From a virus (lineage: Duplodnaviria > Heunggongvirae > Uroviricota > Caudoviricetes): a stretch of DNA of 4,387 bases. Positions 1-4,387 of the stretch are shown piece after piece. The notes beneath the pieces are model-generated. The model was not told the DNA's origin. It did no database searches and saw nothing but the letters and a program-made list of their open reading frames with translations. The first letter of the stretch is position 1. Every line of letters starts with the position of its first letter. Made by a program: the position numbers and the translations under genes. The stretch is from IMG/VR virus record IMGVR_UViG_2711768059_000006, one strand, 5' to 3'.

Positions 1-471
1 CGTGCTGGCTGCACGTGCTGAATCTGCAGCATCAGTCGCACGGGTTGCCGCCTCACTGGCAGATGTGCTGGCATCACTGGCTGACTTCTTTGCGGCTGCC
101 GTGTTCTGTGCCACCACGGACGCGTTACGCGCCACCTCTTCCACCATCAGTTCAAAACGACGCAGTGCCTCCGGACGGGCATCATCCTCCGTCATGGCAC
201 CGAGAAAATCATTCAGCGTACCGGGTTGAGAATCTTCATACACGGTGATGGTCCCGGCATGTGACGGCGGGAATCCCTCCACCAACAGAATAACGCTGTA
301 CTGACCGTACTCAACGTCCATGCTGTAACGCCCGGCTTCATCCGGATTTTCTGAGGCCAGCGTGTTCACCACCACAGTGGTACTGTTACGTTTTGCTTTC
401 AGCTGGATTGTGCAGTTCTGTACCGGTTTTCCTGTGCCGTCTTTCAGTACACCTGAAATCTTTACTGCCAT
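1..471 (-). CDS. stf: Side tail fibre protein Stf, N-terminal 157 codons; start codon at 469-471, gene runs off the window at position 1
   Basis: Reverse-complement translation from the ATG at 471..469 gives MAVKISGVLKDGTGKPVQNCTIQLKAKRNSTTVVVNTLASENPDEAGRYSMDVEYGQYSVILLVEGFPPSHAGTITVYEDSQPGTLNDFLGAMTEDDARPEALRRFELMVEEVARNASVVAQNTAAAKKSASDAS..., open to position 1. This matches the N-terminus of lambda Stf as I recall it, with few substitutions. Not in the ORF track because it has no stop inside the window. Upstream on the minus strand is GTGGGGTGAAT-ATG, a weak G-rich Shine-Dalgarno. Gene order J-lom-stf matches lambda. Confidence 0.85.
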   Translation of the reverse strand, partial: MAVKISGVLKDGTGKPVQNCTIQLKAKRNSTTVVVNTLASENPDEAGRYSMDVEYGQYSVILLVEGFPPSHAGTITVYEDSQPGTLNDFLGAMTEDDARPEALRRFELMVEEVARNASVVAQNTAAAKKSASDASTSASEAATRATDAADSARAAST

Positions 472-482
472 ATTCACCCCAC

Positions 483-509
483 AAAAAAGCCCGCCTGAAC
501 CGGCGGGCT
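483..509 (-). terminator. Rho-independent terminator candidate between lom and stf, read on the minus strand
   Basis: Plus 488-495 AGCCCGCC and 502-509 GGCGGGCT form a perfect 8-bp inverted repeat with a 6-nt loop (TGAACC). Plus 483-488 is AAAAAA, so on the minus strand the stem is followed directly by TTTTTT. It lies 27 nt downstream of the lom stop and 11 nt upstream of the stf ATG. Confidence 0.65.
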
Positions 510-535
510 GTCATAACACTGTGTTACCTGGCTAA

Positions 536-1135
536 TCAGAATTTATAACCGACACCCACGATGAAACCGTCAGTGCGCCAGTCACCACTGCCGGAGCCTT
601 CATAAGCAATATCAATGGCCACGGATTCGGTCGGGTTAAACTGCACGCCAGCTCCCCACGCCAGAGACGTGTTGCTGTGGCGACCGTCATCACTTCCGGT
701 CAGCACGTCGTGCGTTTTCCCCTTGTTGTCAATTACGCGGAGATAATCCCCGGAGAAAGTCGACACACGGCTGTAAGCCACACCCGCCATCGCATACGCG
801 CTGAACCATTCATTCACGCGCACAGACGGCCCCGCCATTACGCTGAACCAGCGGTTACGAACGGAATCTTCATGCCAGCGGGTATCGCTGTAATGGGTCA
901 GCTGGCGATTCTTGTCTCCTGCATAGCTGAATGACGTCACCATCCCCAGTGTGTCCGTAAACTCATAACGGTATTTCACGTTAATCCCGTTCAGATCATC
1001 GCTGCCGGGAACGTTCGTCGAGGCATGAAGATACCCCGCGCTCAGCGTGGACTGATGTTCAGACGCCCATGCAGGCGCACCGGATACGGCCAGACAAATG
1101 GCTGCGGACAAAATGGCGGCATAAAGTTTACGCAT
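536..1135 (-). CDS. lom: Outer-membrane protein Lom (Ail/Lom/PagC/OmpX family, 8-stranded beta-barrel); prophage accessory gene
   Basis: 199-aa ORF (ATG 1133-1135, stop 536-538). N-terminus MRKLYAAILSAAICLAVSGAPAWA is a typical Sec signal peptide with an A-x-A cleavage motif. The C-terminal segment ...AIDIAYEGSGSGDWRTDGFIVGVGYKF matches the C-terminus of lambda Lom as I recall it, including the terminal aromatic residue typical of beta-barrel outer-membrane proteins. Internal GINVKYRYE and SAYAMAGVA motifs are also shared. Position immediately downstream of J matches lambda. Confidence 0.9.
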   Translation of the reverse strand: MRKLYAAILSAAICLAVSGAPAWASEHQSTLSAGYLHASTNVPGSDDLNGINVKYRYEFTDTLGMVTSFSYAGDKNRQLTHYSDTRWHEDSVRNRWFSVMAGPSVRVNEWFSAYAMAGVAYSRVSTFSGDYLRVIDNKGKTHDVLTGSDDGRHSNTSLAWGAGVQFNPTESVAIDIAYEGSGSGDWRTDGFIVGVGYKF

Positions 1136-1140
1136 AATTA

Positions 1141-1146
1141 CCTCTC
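1141..1146 (-). promoter_or_regulatory. Shine-Dalgarno sequence for lom
   Basis: Minus strand reads AAGCGAGAGG-TAATT-ATG: GAGAGG with a 5-nt spacer before the lom start codon. Confidence 0.5.
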
Positions 1147-1156
1147 GCTTTTCTGC

Positions 1157-1183
1157 AATAAAAAAGGCGTCATTTCTGACGCC
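1157..1183 (-). terminator. Rho-independent terminator candidate just downstream of the J stop codon, read on the minus strand
   Basis: Plus 1166-1172 GGCGTCA and 1177-1183 TGACGCC form a perfect 7-bp inverted repeat with a 4-nt loop (TTTC). Plus 1157-1165 AATAAAAAA gives TTTTTTATT directly 3' of the stem on the minus strand. It sits in the 66-bp gap between the J stop (1202-1204) and the lom start (1135). Confidence 0.65.
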
Positions 1184-1201
1184 CGTTATGGGTTATAAAA
1201 T

Positions 1202-4387
<3,186 letters not shown>

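Noticed and set aside
2-248. Plus-strand ORFs 2..229 and 15..248
   Set aside because: Both are antisense to the stf coding sequence, whose minus-strand translation matches lambda Stf. Their compositions are Ala/Ser- and Pro/His-rich with no recognisable domains.
510-535. Short inverted repeat ACAC-T-GTGT just downstream of the lom stop
   Set aside because: Only a 4-bp stem, expected by chance. The adjacent 8-bp GC-rich hairpin is the credible structure.
677-934. Plus-strand 85-aa ORF inside lom
   Set aside because: Antisense to lom, which has a signal peptide, ribosome-binding site and conserved family C-terminus. No independent support.

Overview
This window is the distal tail-fibre end of a lambda-like (lambdoid) phage or prophage late operon, with all three genes on the minus strand: J (central tail fibre / host-specificity protein, 1202..4267 and continuing in frame to the window edge), lom (536..1135) and the start of stf (1..471). 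The two short intergenic gaps each hold a GC-rich hairpin followed by a T-tract on the minus strand. I recognised the genes by recalling phage lambda's J, Lom and Stf protein sequences; no search was run, so similarity is described qualitatively. I do not see evidence for a new biological system here. The points worth follow-up are: (1) the C-terminal ~158 residues of J are clearly diverged from lambda J while the rest is nearly identical; (2) the J frame carries two in-frame stop codons in the last 75 nt of the window, in a patch of elevated substitution; (3) lom is an insulated accessory cassette with diverged N-terminal two-thirds. The plus-strand ORFs in the track, including the 674-aa one, are antisense artefacts of the J and lom coding sequence.
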